Assembly (NCBI GenBank): GCA_964035545.1
Contig: OZ037765.1
Coordinates: 33,107,504 to 33,171,503 of the forward strand
From: Bugula neritina
Lineage: Eukaryota; Animalia; Bryozoa
DNA: 64,000 nucleotides
Direction of reading: 5' to 3'
Of the stretch, positions 41,401 to 54,030 are shown piece after piece. The position numbers and the translations under genes were made by a program. The notes under the pieces are model-generated. The model worked only from the letters and a program-made list of their open reading frames with translations. It ran no database searches and was not told where the DNA came from. How positions within the stretch are numbered: position 1 is the stretch's first letter; each line of letters opens with the position of its first letter.

Positions 41401-43622
41401 CTGTCTGCAGCTGGGTTTACCTCAGTAGCATTCTATATTCACTCATATTCTATATTCACTCGTATTCTATATTCACTCGTATTCTATATTCACTCGTATT
41501 CTATATTCACTCGTATTCTATATTCACTCATATTCTATATTCACTCGTATTCTATATTCACTCATATTCTATATTCACTCGTATTCTATATTCACTCGTA
41601 TTCTATATTCACTCGTATTCTATATTCACTCGTATTCTATATTCACTCATATTCTATATTCACTCATATTCTATATTCACTCGTATTCTATATTCACTCG
41701 TATTCTATATTCACTCGTATTCTATATTCACTCGTATTCTACTGGAATGTCAGAAGCTGCAGTCACTCAGTGCAAACCTCTTGACTCTCAACATGACTAC
41801 TCGTTAATCTCATTCAACCTGCGTATCCTGTTTACTGTGCGCTCTTATCTGTACTCTCTTGTCCCGATGGTAACTTTCTATGGAATAGTTACTAACCCGT
41901 ATTACATTGTCACGTAATGTTGTTAACTCGCTGTATTTTCAGATTTGTCTGCTGCCAGCAACAGAAATGTAGCCAATGGCGTGATACCATCGGCAGCAGG
42001 GTCAGCTAGTCGTCTTAATCAGCAGTCGTCTCCCATGTCCTTACCTTCCACGTCTCTCTCTACCTCCCTCTCTTACTCTACTTCCCTCTCTCACTCTCCC
42101 GCACTGAAGAAACATGGCAAAGAAGATCCCAGGTGAGCACCTGCTGTCAGGAGAAGCAACTCCTGCATATCAAAATGTTTAATTTAATTGGAGTATATTG
42201 TTTTAATAGCGAGTCAAATAACTCAGTTTATTCTCTGCTAAATTCATTGACGCTGTCGTTAAGCTGTGATAATATGAAATTATCTTCCAACTTGTCGGTT
42301 GAGATATAGCTAGAAGCTGTTAACAGAAGAGTTGTTGCTATGAATACATTTATATATACAATATACAGTGTAGTCTGAGTTGATATACTGTAGTCTGAGT
42401 TGATATACAGTATAGTCTGAGTTGATATACTGTAGTCTGAGTTGATATACAGTGTAGTCTGAGTTGATATACAGTGTTGTCTGAGTTGATATACAGTGTA
42501 GTCTGAGTTGATATACAGTGTAGTCTGAGTTGATATACAGTGTAGTCTGAGTTGATATACAGTATAGTCTGAGTTGATATACATTGTAGTCTGAGTTGAT
42601 ATACAGTGTAGTCTGAGTTGATATACAGTGTAGTCTGAGTTAATATACAGTGTAGTCTGAGTTGATATACAGTGTAGTCTGAGTTGATATACAGTGTAGT
42701 CTGAGTTGATATACAGTGTAGTCTGAGTTGATATACAGTGTAGTCTGAGTTGATATACATTGTAGTCTGAGTTGATATACAGTGTAGTCTGAGTTGATAT
42801 ACAGTGTAGTCTGAGTTGATATACAGTGTAGTCTGAGTTGATATACATTGTAGTCTGAGTTGATATACAGTGTAGTCTGAGTTGATATACAGTGTAGTCT
42901 GAACTGTTATTCCTTTCAGGAAGTCTGCCCACTCCCTCCACCCGACTACCACCAAGCGTCCCTCCTCCTCCACTTCACACCTCTCTACTAAGAAGCGCCG
43001 TTCTCGGTCTAGATCTCCGCCCAAATCCTCTCACACAAAGTCAGCTGTGACAGCGACACAACCTCATTGGTCAGTCGCGGTCAATGGCCACCACGCTGCC
43101 GGTGTAGATGCCAACAAGTCTAACCTCGCTCCGTCTAGCATCTCCAACTCAGTTCTAGACTTTCAACAGCAGCAGCAGCAGAGCCAGCTGCTCAGCATGT
43201 TTGCCCTGATGAGTGACAATAAGTCTCTGCCAACCAACGGGTTTGCCGCCAACGCTGCCGCGCAAGGTCTCTGGAACCCGTATCTGCAGCAGCAGAGGGA
43301 GAGACTGCTCAATCAGATAAATCCTTCCTTAGCCCTAGGGTTCCCGCAGGGGGAGAGGTCAGCTACGGTGGCTGGCAGACAGTACCTCGACATGGATAGG
43401 GCCACCTCCCTCCACTCCTCTAGTCTAACGGGACTCAACGGGTTCCACACCTCCAGTGTATTGACTGGTATGGGCGGTCTGGCTGGTATAGGCGGCCCCC
43501 CGCCACTCATCCCCACCTCTCAGGCTAAGCTGCCGCACACTCACCCCTCCGCACTCAGTGCATCGTCCACGCCAAACGGCAGCAACCTTCTCGACAGAAC
43601 AGATAGAATGTTTCCCAGATAG
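23424..43622 (+). CDS. AUTS2: AUTS2/FBRSL1/tay-bridge family nuclear protein, ~16 coding exons, ~1170 aa
   Basis: Exons 23424-23960, 32542-32673, 33644-33805 (donor uncertain), 33883-34047, 34612-34755, 36260-36433, 38271-38388, 39107-39335, 39508-39749, 39903-40093, 40333-40383, 40492-40599, 40852-41092, 41244-41378, 41943-42132, 42920-43622 are phase-compatible. Family motifs recognised: EVIIDGFAIAAF, IRAELSRRML...PFLR, FDK, KWCAAHVRIAYFIY, GPPPLI; Ser/Pro-rich low complexity and an N-terminal basic NLS. Co-orthology to AUTS2/FBRSL1/FBRS is likely. Confidence 0.8.
26525..26742. repeat. 21-nt minisatellite (CACAGTGTAGTATGTAGTGTA)n
   Basis: Directly visible in intron 1 of the AUTS2-like gene. 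Confidence 0.9.
29815..30000. repeat. 48-nt tandem repeat, ~3.5 copies
   Basis: TCTGATGAAAGTGTTG recurs at ~29828, 29857, 29905 and 29953. Confidence 0.85.
31790..32005. repeat. Degenerate ACT/TAC-rich tandem repeat
   Basis: ACACTACTGAACTATATACT units interleaved with (TATAC)n. Confidence 0.8.
34305..34606. repeat. 21-nt minisatellite, ~14 copies, abutting the acceptor at 34611
   Basis: Unit CTCTCTCTATCACCTACTATA; the last copy runs into CTCTTGTAG. Confidence 0.95.
37205..37410. repeat. 32-nt minisatellite, ~6 copies
   Basis: Unit ATATCATATTGTAGTATATCATGTAGTATACC. Confidence 0.9.
41430..41741. repeat. 17-nt minisatellite, ~18 copies
   Basis: Unit ATTCTATATTCACTCRT. Confidence 0.95.
42361..42901. 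repeat. 22-nt minisatellite, ~24 copies, ending just before the last AUTS2-like exon
   Basis: Unit GTTGATATACAGTGTAGTCTGA; the acceptor TTTCAG follows at 42914-42919. Confidence 0.95.
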
Positions 43623-44454
43623 CACGAGCCCACGACTCCTATGCTCTCCATCTTTTAATTCTATTTTCAATTTTTTATGTACAGAAATGGAAGGCGGTCG
43701 CATGTTGTGATTATGCATTGAATAAACTATGTATTTTTCTGCGAGTCTATTCGCTCACCTATTTATGATGAACTGATACCTAGTCACTCTCTGCATCTCC
43801 TGAGGTTGCATGTTTTTGCGTTAAGTTACTTTCATTTTAATATTGTACAGGTGTATACTTTATTGTAAATACTTATAATATATTATTGTAATATTATATT
43901 GAGATGAGTTGGTATTTTTATATTAGCCATAACAGCCATTTTTCTCGGTTTTTGACTTTGTGTACAAATGACTGATGTATATTTTTATGAATGTGATGAA
44001 ATTAAATATTCTTGCATTCATGTGTTGAATAACAACTTCTACACTTTACTAAACCTTCACCATGTTCTATTCTAAGTGTCTGGATATTCTGTCTAGACTA
44101 GTGACAAACACTCAAGGGCTTCTGGGTAAAATTTGGCAATTTTATTATGCAATTTACAAAAAATATTAGTCAAACATAAAATTCTACCAAGTGCAAATTT
44201 TAGTATTTCAAAGTCTAAAATTTAAAAACAGAAATAATAGATTTTTCAGCAGATCTCCCGATGAAAAATGAACCTGAATATCGAAGTCTGCCTTTGCATT
44301 GATGATGCTAAAAATAATAGAATGGCAGCCAAATATTTATTATATTCTAGTTGAGCATTTTCTTTAGTGTATATAAAATATATTTTAGTGTGAATATGTC
44401 ATCTCGCACTTTACATATTATGCATATTTTGTACACATTACACTTGTACCATAT

Positions 44455-44640
44455 GAAAAACTCGCACAAGTTCATAGTCGGTATCCTTGTGAGAAACCCC
44501 TGATGGAAAGGGGACTTTGTTAAATCGGCTAAGGACTTTTTCAAATGAGGCACAGGAGCAATTATGACTGGATGCTCTTCCTAACATCACCTTTGTCCGG
44601 ACCTCGTGTTTACTAGGCAAACGCTCTAACCCCTAGACCA
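44455..44640 (-). mobile_element. tRNA-derived SINE, copy 1 (B-box region deleted)
   Basis: Shares TCCTTGTGAGAAACCCCTGATGGAA, GGCACAGGAGCAATTATGACTGGATGCTCTTCCTAACATCAC and TTACTAGGCAAACGCTCTAACCCCTAGACCA with the copy at 61401-61611. Confidence 0.85.
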
Positions 44641-44729
44641 TATGTTTCGTGTAATATTAAATAATTCCTTCAAGAGTTGAACATCTTATCTCTCAGAACT
44701 TATGGAAGGTAATCTTCAAAGTCTCCCTG

Positions 44730-47145
44730 TCAGAGTGAGTCATCGTCGCTGTCTGTGTATCCTGGATTTGCTGCCCCAAACTGGGTTGTCTTTAAATTCT
44801 CGATTCCTCTCTCGTTTTTCTGAGGTAATAGTTCAGGGTGAGAGAACCCATGACTTTGTCCTACCAGGTAGATAAACAGCAATACTAGTAAAAAGGGAGA
44901 CAAATTAATCATAGAAAAATTGCTTCTATTTCTTCTATAGCACAAGATTGGTCAAGAAGAAGGAAGGATGAGGTTGGTTGTATTTACTGTTAACTCAGTA
45001 TAAACTATAGACATAATAAAAATTAGAGCTTTTTAAATAAAGCAGCTGCTAGCTAGAGGTTTATTTTGAAAAGTATACAATTGCAAAATAATATAAACCT
45101 ACAAAATATAATATCAGCTGACGACAAAGTTGCTGGGTCATACATCTGGTGACCGGAAGGAAAAAATGTGTGAATGAGAAAAGGCTAATCACTACAAAGT
45201 CACGGCCACAAAACTGCTGCAGGTAAAAAATACTTCATGCATGCAATGCATGTTTGTGAAGCACAGCTAAAACTCGCATGCACTAAACACAACAGTAATA
45301 CTACATCATAACATAACATAATGTCACATACCTATTCCTCGTAGAGGTGGCAGTTTTCTCACCAGATTCGTGTTCTTATCTGAAACAACAAAATTTTCAT
45401 TATATTTTTGTCATACACAAAGTTTTAATCTGGAGCTGAATTAAACTGCTACGTGCATTACAACTGTTATAGCAATTTGAAATCATTAACTTTTTTGCCG
45501 GCACTAAAACATGGCATATTTAGTAAAGCTATTTAAGAAGCATTGTTCTTCCACACTATACTTATATTATATTTACATACAAAATATGTAATAAATCTAG
45601 CAGCACCACCTACCTGATCCAACAATGGGGGGAAGCTTTGCCGGCCCTGAGATCTTTTTATCGGCTACAAAGAATCAGTACTATTTGAGAGCATAAACTC
45701 TTAAAAATGCTGTAAGTTTTTTAACATAGAATTAATATAATGTATAACACTATGCAGTGATATGTATGTAGTATTATTTTATATAATATAATTAGTATTA
45801 TTTACTGTGTTAGTATATATCAACTTAATAACATTATAGATCTTAGTTTGTTTCTTTGCTAATGAATTATAACAAATGAAACAGACCACGTGGTGTACAC
45901 CGGTATTACCTCTGGGAGATGGAGGCTGCTGATTAGGTTTTGGTATTTTCTCTCTGCCACCTGGATGTGACTTCCTACCGGAATGCGAGTGATCGAGAGG
46001 GCTGTGAGAACGCCGCTGAAGGTCAGATCGCTCTGTTCCACCGGATTTCTTTTTGACTTTGTCAGGGTGATGATGCACATAGTACCTGAAGAAAGCCTCT
46101 GTAGCCTTTCTTCCTTGCTACAAAAGTGTGAGCAGCATAACCTAAACTGTGTACAACAATACAACAGCTAACTGAGATTCAGTTTTGGTTTTAGGCTTTT
46201 AGCCATTAAAAATTATAAAGTGGAGTTGTCTGCCCAATGTGAGACTTGATCTTTGAGTACATATGTACCTCATAACAAAATTCTCTGTCAACTTGTTGCA
46301 TGCGGAAGTCAGATGTTGAAATGTAGTCCGTGTTGATTCCAACAGTTCGATCCAAGTCTCTGTCCTAAAAGTGAGAATACTTGGAAGTAAGACAACTCTA
46401 AACACAGATATGTTGAAATAACATTATATATAATATTTTAAAGTAGCTATAGTGTGCTACTAGTAATCAGGGCCCATAATTAATGTCAAATAGAAGCTAC
46501 TATAACTAGAAGTAAACTTTCACAATGTATAAAACATTTAATAATAATTTAGTTTTGCATATCATGACAAATAAGCTCCTCAGAGGAATTATTACAAATT
46601 GAGTGAAAGATGTTTAACAGCTGCCAGGTTAAAGCATAATAAAGTCGAAAATCAAGCTAATATTAGAAGTTGTTCACCCAGTCCATGTTTACCAGCGAAT
46701 TTACTAATATTCTATTATAATATATGTATATAAATATATATCATTCATATATAATAATATACATGCATATTATTTTACTAAATACTAATATGTAACATAA
46801 ATAAATGAAAATTATTACAGACACTGCTGTAAATGTAATAAAATGATATACTATAATATAATTTCTTTTAAAGATATGTTTCTGCATCTCTTGTTTTCAA
46901 CTTTGATCTAAAAGAATACCTACATCAAGGAACATCTTTTTCACGTTGGTCAGCAAACAGTCTTGTAGCCCTAAAACATATTCCCCGATAGACTTGAGTT
47001 CCTTTCTGTCGTATCCCTGGAACTTTGCTTGTATGTCAATCCCAGACTTTTCAACAAAGAGGATCAACTCATCGTAGCTAATCTGAAATGACGGCAATTG
47101 TGTTAGTCTAAATTCACAGACACACACGCACACGCACACACACAT

Positions 47146-47202
<57 letters not shown>

Positions 47203-50200
47203 CACGCACACATGCACGCACACACACACTCACACACATGCACGCACACACATACACACACACACTCGCGCACACACACACATGCACGCACACACACACA
47301 CACACGCACACACACACGCACACACACACACTCACACACACATGCACGCACGCACACACACACATGCGCACACACAACGACTGTCTCATATCTAAACTCA
47401 CATAACCGCTGTCGTCAACATCTAGGTCATCAAACAGCTGGTCAATGTCAGCGTTTTCTCCGAACAGCACCTCAATATCATGTTTACTGATTTCTGTAAT
47501 GTCAGCAGTGAGAGAAGCCTGAAGTGAGATCTCTTTGGACTGTAATATAATAATATAATTGTATAGTAATATAATAGTATAGTAATATAATAGTATAGTA
47601 ATATAATAGTATAGTAATATAATAGTATAGTAATATAATAGTATAGTAATATATTAGTATAGTAATATAATAGTATAGTAATATAATAGTATAGTAATAT
47701 ATTAGTATAGTAATATATTAGTATAGTAATATATTAGTATAGTAATATATTAGTATAGTAATATAATAGTATAGTAATATATTAGTATAGTAATATAATA
47801 GTATAGTAATATATTAATCTAGGAATATAATAGTATAGTAATATAATTGTATAGTAATATATTAGTATAGTAATATATTAGTATAGTAATATATTAGTAT
47901 AGTAATATAATAGTATAGTAATATAATAGTATAGTAATATATTAGTATAGTAATATAATAGTATAGTAATATATTAATCTAGGAATATAATAGTATAGTA
48001 ATATAATAGTATAGTAATATATTAGTATAGTAATATATTAGTATAGTAATATATTAGTATAGTAATATAATAGTATAGTAATATAATAATATAGTAATAT
48101 ATTAGTCTAAGAATATAATAGTATAGTAATATATTAGTATAGTAATATAATTGTATAGTAATATAATATTATAGTAATATAATAGTATAGTAATATATTA
48201 GTCTAAGAATATAATAGTATAGTAATATATTAGTATAGTAATATAATTGTATAGTAATATAATATTATAGTAATATAATTGTATAGTAATATAATATTAT
48301 AGTAATATAATAGTATAGTAATATATTAGTCTAGGAATATAATAGTATAGTAATATAATAGTATAGTAATATGATTGTATAGTAATATAATATTATAGTA
48401 ATATAATAGTATAGTAATATATTAGTCTAGGAATATAATAGTATAGTAATATAATAGTATAGTAATATAATAGTAAATTAAATAATAGTATAGTAATATA
48501 TCACTATAGTAATATAATAGTATAGTAATATATTAATATATGGTAATACAGTAATAGATATGACTATGATATAGTGGCATTGCATTATTCTATCATAGTC
48601 ACATAATATTGCAGTGTTAAAAATATATAATATAGTATAACATTAATTATTATGATAAATATGACTAGATTTATTACAATAATAAATTACGATGAAATTG
48701 AGCTGCGCATGAATATATGTGGTATATAAAGTATATATGTTGATGAAGCAACACGCATACAACCTAAGGAAAGTAGAGTGTTTATTACCTTCGCCATTTT
48801 GATGGCTTGTTTCAGTTCCTCTTTATCTATGACATCATCAACAGCTCGATCAGTCTGACGATCATTTATCCGATTGAGTGTCTAAATAAAAGCCGACAGC
48901 GCAATGATGACAATGGCAAATCAACAATAAGTAAATTGTAGAGTCGTGAACATCACTAACAACTTATGCTGCCAAAATTTTAAATAACTTTTAGTTTTCA
49001 GAGATTTGTGTTTCTTTTCATGTTAATTAAGATGAAGCTAACCAAACTATTAGCTTCAACATTGCCCTTATCTCTCAGTATGAGCATGACTCATACTGTA
49101 TTTGTATGACTATAACATATACCCATAATATGCTATTTCTCACAATTATACTGAGAGCTATTAGAATTAATTATTAGTGATTCTTAGTATGTTGTGCTTT
49201 ATTTGTAAAAACATTCATGAAAATTATATAAAAGCAAAAGATAATTTGACTACAATTAGACTCCATGAGTAACATGAGACTAGAAAGAAATAAGTTTAGA
49301 CTGTGGAACCATAAAACCCAAGTGCAAGCATTACGAAGCCTTGCAACAAACCACACATCAAGTAGTAAGAGAACGCAACTTTAAATAAAGCTTACTGCAT
49401 GGTTAGTAAGCATTATCTCTGTGAGAAAACAACTTCTTAACCTAACTTTGTTAGCTGTTTGTTAGTTGGGCAAGTAAATGCAGTGCCTTTTGCTTGACTA
49501 AAGAGCGTTGTGTTTTTTCAACACGACAATTCGTGAGATGACAAAAACAGAGTTTTTGCTAAAAATACTGAATTGAGGTTGAAAGATTAATAAAAAGATA
49601 AAAAAAAATCGCTAGTTTGACAGTTAAAGTGAGAGTGTGCTTGATAAAAACACAAAACTGAATTTATCTTAGTTGAGGGCAAATAAACAGCGCAGCAGTA
49701 CCTGTGTAGGCTGTTTGTTCACATAAACCAATAACTACAAGTGATATTCAAATACCAGATATCAGTGTTGCTATAGTAACTGATCTTAGTATAGCATTAT
49801 GTCATTAAATTACCATTTTACTGGATTAATCTATTATGCTGTACAATTGTTAAATTATGCTTCTATATCATTGTATTATAGTATCACAGTGTCTCGTATT
49901 ATTATATTATGCTATCATATTGTCAAACTATCTTTTTAAGCCAAATTATTATATTATATTATTGATATATAATTATATCATTTTTATATTATATTATTAT
50001 ATTATCTTATTTAATTATAATGCTGCTAACCTAACCCTTCAAGCTGCTAATAGACTGAGACTGCAGCTGCCGTTTGAAAACAAAACAATTGGTTTCCTGT
50101 ACGCTCATACAATAATTTTAAGGGTGGCAAGGCCAACCCACCTTCATAAACCTGTCCAGCGCCTGAAGGAACACTTCGTGCTCTTCCAAAGCTTTCTTTT

Positions 50201-53200
50201 TAGATTTGAGAATATCAGCTCTGCTCCTAAAATGCATTCATTTCCTGTTCAAATATTATTATTCTGTCACCAGTGTTATGTAATGTCCAAGAGATAACTC
50301 GTTATGTCACAGTCGTATTGCATGATGTCACAGTTAGAAAATATGATGTCACAATTTTAATATATAATGTCACAATTTTGATATATAATGTCACAATTTC
50401 AGCATATGAGGTCATAGCTTTAGTATATGATGTCATAGTTTCAGTAAATTGCATGATGTCACAGTTAGAATATATGATGTCACAATTTTGGTATATAATG
50501 TCACAATTTCAGCATATGAGGTCATAGCTTTAGTATATAATGTCATAGGATTACTAACTTGTATAACTTTGATTCCTCAGGTCTCTTTATTTCCGCCTTG
50601 TAGAGTCTTTTGTCCAGTTCTGTTTGCATCACATCCTGTTCTAATGCTGAATACTATAAACACATACATACAAATATATATATAATTATGTATATATGCA
50701 TACATACACACGCACCCACGCATGCACCCACACACACACGCGCACACATATATACGCAACAATAAATTTATAATGCTTGAAGCGTATAATGCACAGGAAT
50801 TGAGTTACGAACCACTAAAAACCCGAGTGTTTTCTCGTTGTATCCTCCAAATCTAATTCGTTTATCCATCAACTTGTGCATTTCACTCAGTGGCTGCAAT
50901 CTATTCAGGAAGGAATCCTCTTGTTTCATTGACAACCACCACCCTGTTGACAAGTAGAACGTCTGTAACTTCAGCATAATACGTCAGCTGTGATTAAGGT
51001 CCAACACTTAATGCTTTTCAGCACTTTTTACTAAAATTGTCTAATTCACTGTAACTACTGTTGCTGAGACTAAAATGTTCGTTTTTCATTTTTAAATTAA
51101 AAAAATGGGGCTTCATTTTGTGGCTCTACTCTGCAATTAAAAGTGTTTTGGCATTATTCTATACAGAGTTATCTTCTCTAATGCATTGGTGTAACAACGC
51201 CGATTTAGATAGTTTATTAGCCCATTATACGCTTACACAATGAAAATTGTATTAAATTATAGATTTGAAAGTAATAAATAAGCCAATAGATCTTTGCATA
51301 ATATTATAAAGCTTTTTAATTTTTCACATTGAAAACCCTGATAGAATATTAGCAAAACAATTATTTTTTATCTTGTCAGAAATAAGTTAGGAGCAAGTTT
51401 GTGCAACCAGCTATACAGGACAAAACATACCGTCAAATGCGTGGATGGGGTAGTTACAGAGGAGCCCACCATCAATGTACATATCCGTGTGACCTTTGTT
51501 ATTTTTGTACTTGACAGCTTCAAATATTCCTACAAGAACAACTTTATTAGAGAGCAGACAATTCTCTACTGAATCGAAGGTACAATCACAATATTTAAAA
51601 GGCTAAGTGATTGTAATGGTAAAGAGTTGTGCCAAAAAATATTCTTTCTCAGCTTTCATAACCTCTCAACATGTAGGAAATGCTTTGCTTTTTACAATTA
51701 TCAATATTTTCTTTAAATAATCAAATTAAAATGTTTTGCAGCATATGAATTCAGTCAGCCACTCTGTTGTAATGGAATAATTGGAATTCGTGGAATTGTA
51801 ATAAAAGCTTTAATGTTTATTCAACAGCTGAGGTTAAGCAAATACAAACAACAAAAAATCAAATGTAAGACAAACGAGTCCTTTGTTCTTCTTACAACTA
51901 GAACCTACAAAGTTGCTTGACTACAAGGGCTGTACACATGTCATGGCTGAGCATAACAAGTTGTGCTTAACTTTTCAAGTATAATGAAATTAAATGTCCC
52001 AATTATGCATAAGATTTTTTACAAAGAAGGAAGGCATTACCTGGTATTGAGAGAGACATGCGAACTGCTAAACGAACAGGCATGTTTGGAGTTGTCTTTG
52101 GATGGAAATATTCACACGAGAGCATGTTGACGTTTACGGCCGTGACACATAGCTCATTTCCTGTCTTCTTATAGAGCTGAAAATATACATTTGACATCCA
52201 TGAATGAGATGCTCTTGAAGAAATTAAATAAATCAATAATCTTAGTCATAATATGTTAAAGAGAAGTCCTAAAAAGTTCTACTATCAAACCAATGCTGAT
52301 GAACAAAATAAAGTTTTAGAGAATAATGCATTTGTTTCGCACTGTCGAGAGTACATGTGTGTGTGTGTTTGCGTGCATGTGCGTGTGCGTGCGTGCGTGT
52401 GTGTGTGCTTAGAAACTCAATATAAACCACAGACCTGTTTGAACGTAATATCAGGATCACCCAACTTTTTTTCTAGTAAAATACCAAATTGTTTCACAAA
52501 CTCCTTTCCTGGATTCCACCCAAAGTTTCTGATAAGATTTGGAAGTAAACTGAATATTCCGCAAGAATGATCTAAAACACACAAAATTTCCAGAACACAT
52601 AATTTTATCTATGAAATACTGCAAAGTAAGACTTACATATAATAAACTTGTGAATGATTTATAGAATATTCCACAAAAATTCTTATAGATACTATACAGA
52701 TACTTATAAAAGTACAGAGTGATGGCTGGTATAAAGTAAAGTAGGTTACAATACTGTGAAGACACAGAACTAGCCCAGTACCTAAGAGCACCTTATCCAA
52801 ATCTCTTTCCAACTCCTTCTCCAGTTCCTTGCAGTCATAACCTGCTGCCAATAATGCTGCACATATAGCACCTGCACTAGCACCTGAAAACCGCTTCACC
52901 TTAATTCCCATCTTTTCAACAATCTGTAGAAAAAAATAAATTGAATGTAGTTTAGGAGTGTTGAGTTTACCCAGTGATCCCCGTAGTGTAATGGTTAGCA
53001 CACTTGCTTGCAAGCCAGAGGTCTCAGGTTCGATTCCCAGTGGGGGCAAAATTATTTTACACAGTTTGAGAGTTCTCTTGTATTCAATGAGACTATTTAT
53101 TGGTTAGTACTAACATTGAATAATCAATTTATAACTAATAAAATACTCTTCTTGTTTGTGAAATGATTTCAATGTGAATTTGTTGCTGAATTGTTACTCA

Positions 53201-54030
53201 GTTAGACAACTAAATTTAGAATCAAACTTTAGTGATGTTAAATTCTCACAATCATTAAGTATGTATTTGTCGAATTTTATTTTTCCATGATATGCTTATG
53301 GAACATTTATGAATTCTGTAGCAATTAACATCTTTAAGTTCATACTTTAAAAATGAAAATATTTTTCATGAGTAAGTATTATAAATGTAAATTTTAATTT
53401 TCAATAAAAACAAAAGAAGTAAAACTGATTAATTTTAAAGCTTCAAAGTTACAGTTTTAAGACATTAGTTTTACAGCAATAATTTTACAGTAGAAACAAA
53501 ATAAAAGATTGTTTAAACCAAAATAGTTTGTTTTCTACTTTGTAAATTATTATAATCAAGTTATTAATCTTATATAATTTAAATTAAAATCATTATTATC
53601 ATGCTTGAAAATATAGAACTAGAAACATCAACATTTGAAGGAATTTGTAAATTTAATAAAAAATAAATATTTAAAATTTTGAATTCTATATTAGCTATAA
53701 GTGAATGCAGTTTAATGAATAACTCACTTGCATACAGCCCACATACACTTGTCCCTTGGCACCACCTCCTTCGAAGACGAGATTTTCGAATGGATACTCA
53801 TACTCCTCATAAGGAATCTGGGAAATCTTGTCACCTTGAGCTATGATTTTATCTACTGACTTTTCAAACTGCCTCCGTGCTGCTTTCGACAAACTAGTAT
53901 TGGGCCGCCAATTTTCATGGTCGGGCTCATCAACTGCATCATCGTTCACAGGCTCAACTTGACCGAGTCTAAGCTTGTTTGATTTTTCTAGGCTATTAGC
54001 TTGTTTTGATTTAGAGGATTTATTTCCCAT
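44730..54030 (-). CDS. Patatin-like phospholipase paralog B with canonical EF-hand and N-myristoylation motif, 16 coding exons, ~683 aa
   Basis: Exons 54030-53728, 52923-52782, 52571-52435, 52176-52041, 51529-51431, 50943-50813, 50653-50559, 50226-50142, 48881-48789, 47539-47402, 47082-46924, 46364-46269, 46117-45910, 45664-45614, 45379-45332, 44860-44730 (2052 nt, open). Motifs: [45 protein letters not shown] loop DVDDSGYISYDE. The last three exons are less certain. Confidence 0.9.
47118..47375. repeat. Compound (CA/CG)n microsatellite
   Basis: Directly visible; fills most of intron 10 of patatin B. Confidence 0.97.
47541..48520. repeat. 16-nt AT-rich minisatellite (AGTAATATAATAGTAT)n, ~60 copies, abutting the acceptor of patatin B exon 10
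   Basis: Directly visible; on the minus strand the final unit reads TATTATATTACAG, which is the acceptor. Confidence 0.97.
50305..50546. repeat. ~131-nt duplication built of ~21-nt ATGTCA subunits
   Basis: GCATGATGTCACAGTTAGAA at 50320 and 50451; fills most of intron 7 of patatin B. Confidence 0.85.
52977..53048 (+). pseudogene. Degenerate tRNA-like element (tRNA pseudogene or SINE head)
   Basis: A box TAGTGTAATGGTTAGCAC and B box GGTTCGATTCCC are present, but the acceptor, anticodon and T stems are mismatched; antisense inside intron 1 of patatin B. Confidence 0.7.

Noticed and set aside
52977-53048. Functional tRNA (Cys- or Ala-like anticodon)
   Set aside because: Acceptor, anticodon and T stems are mismatched and the identity elements are inconsistent; treated as a pseudogene or SINE head.
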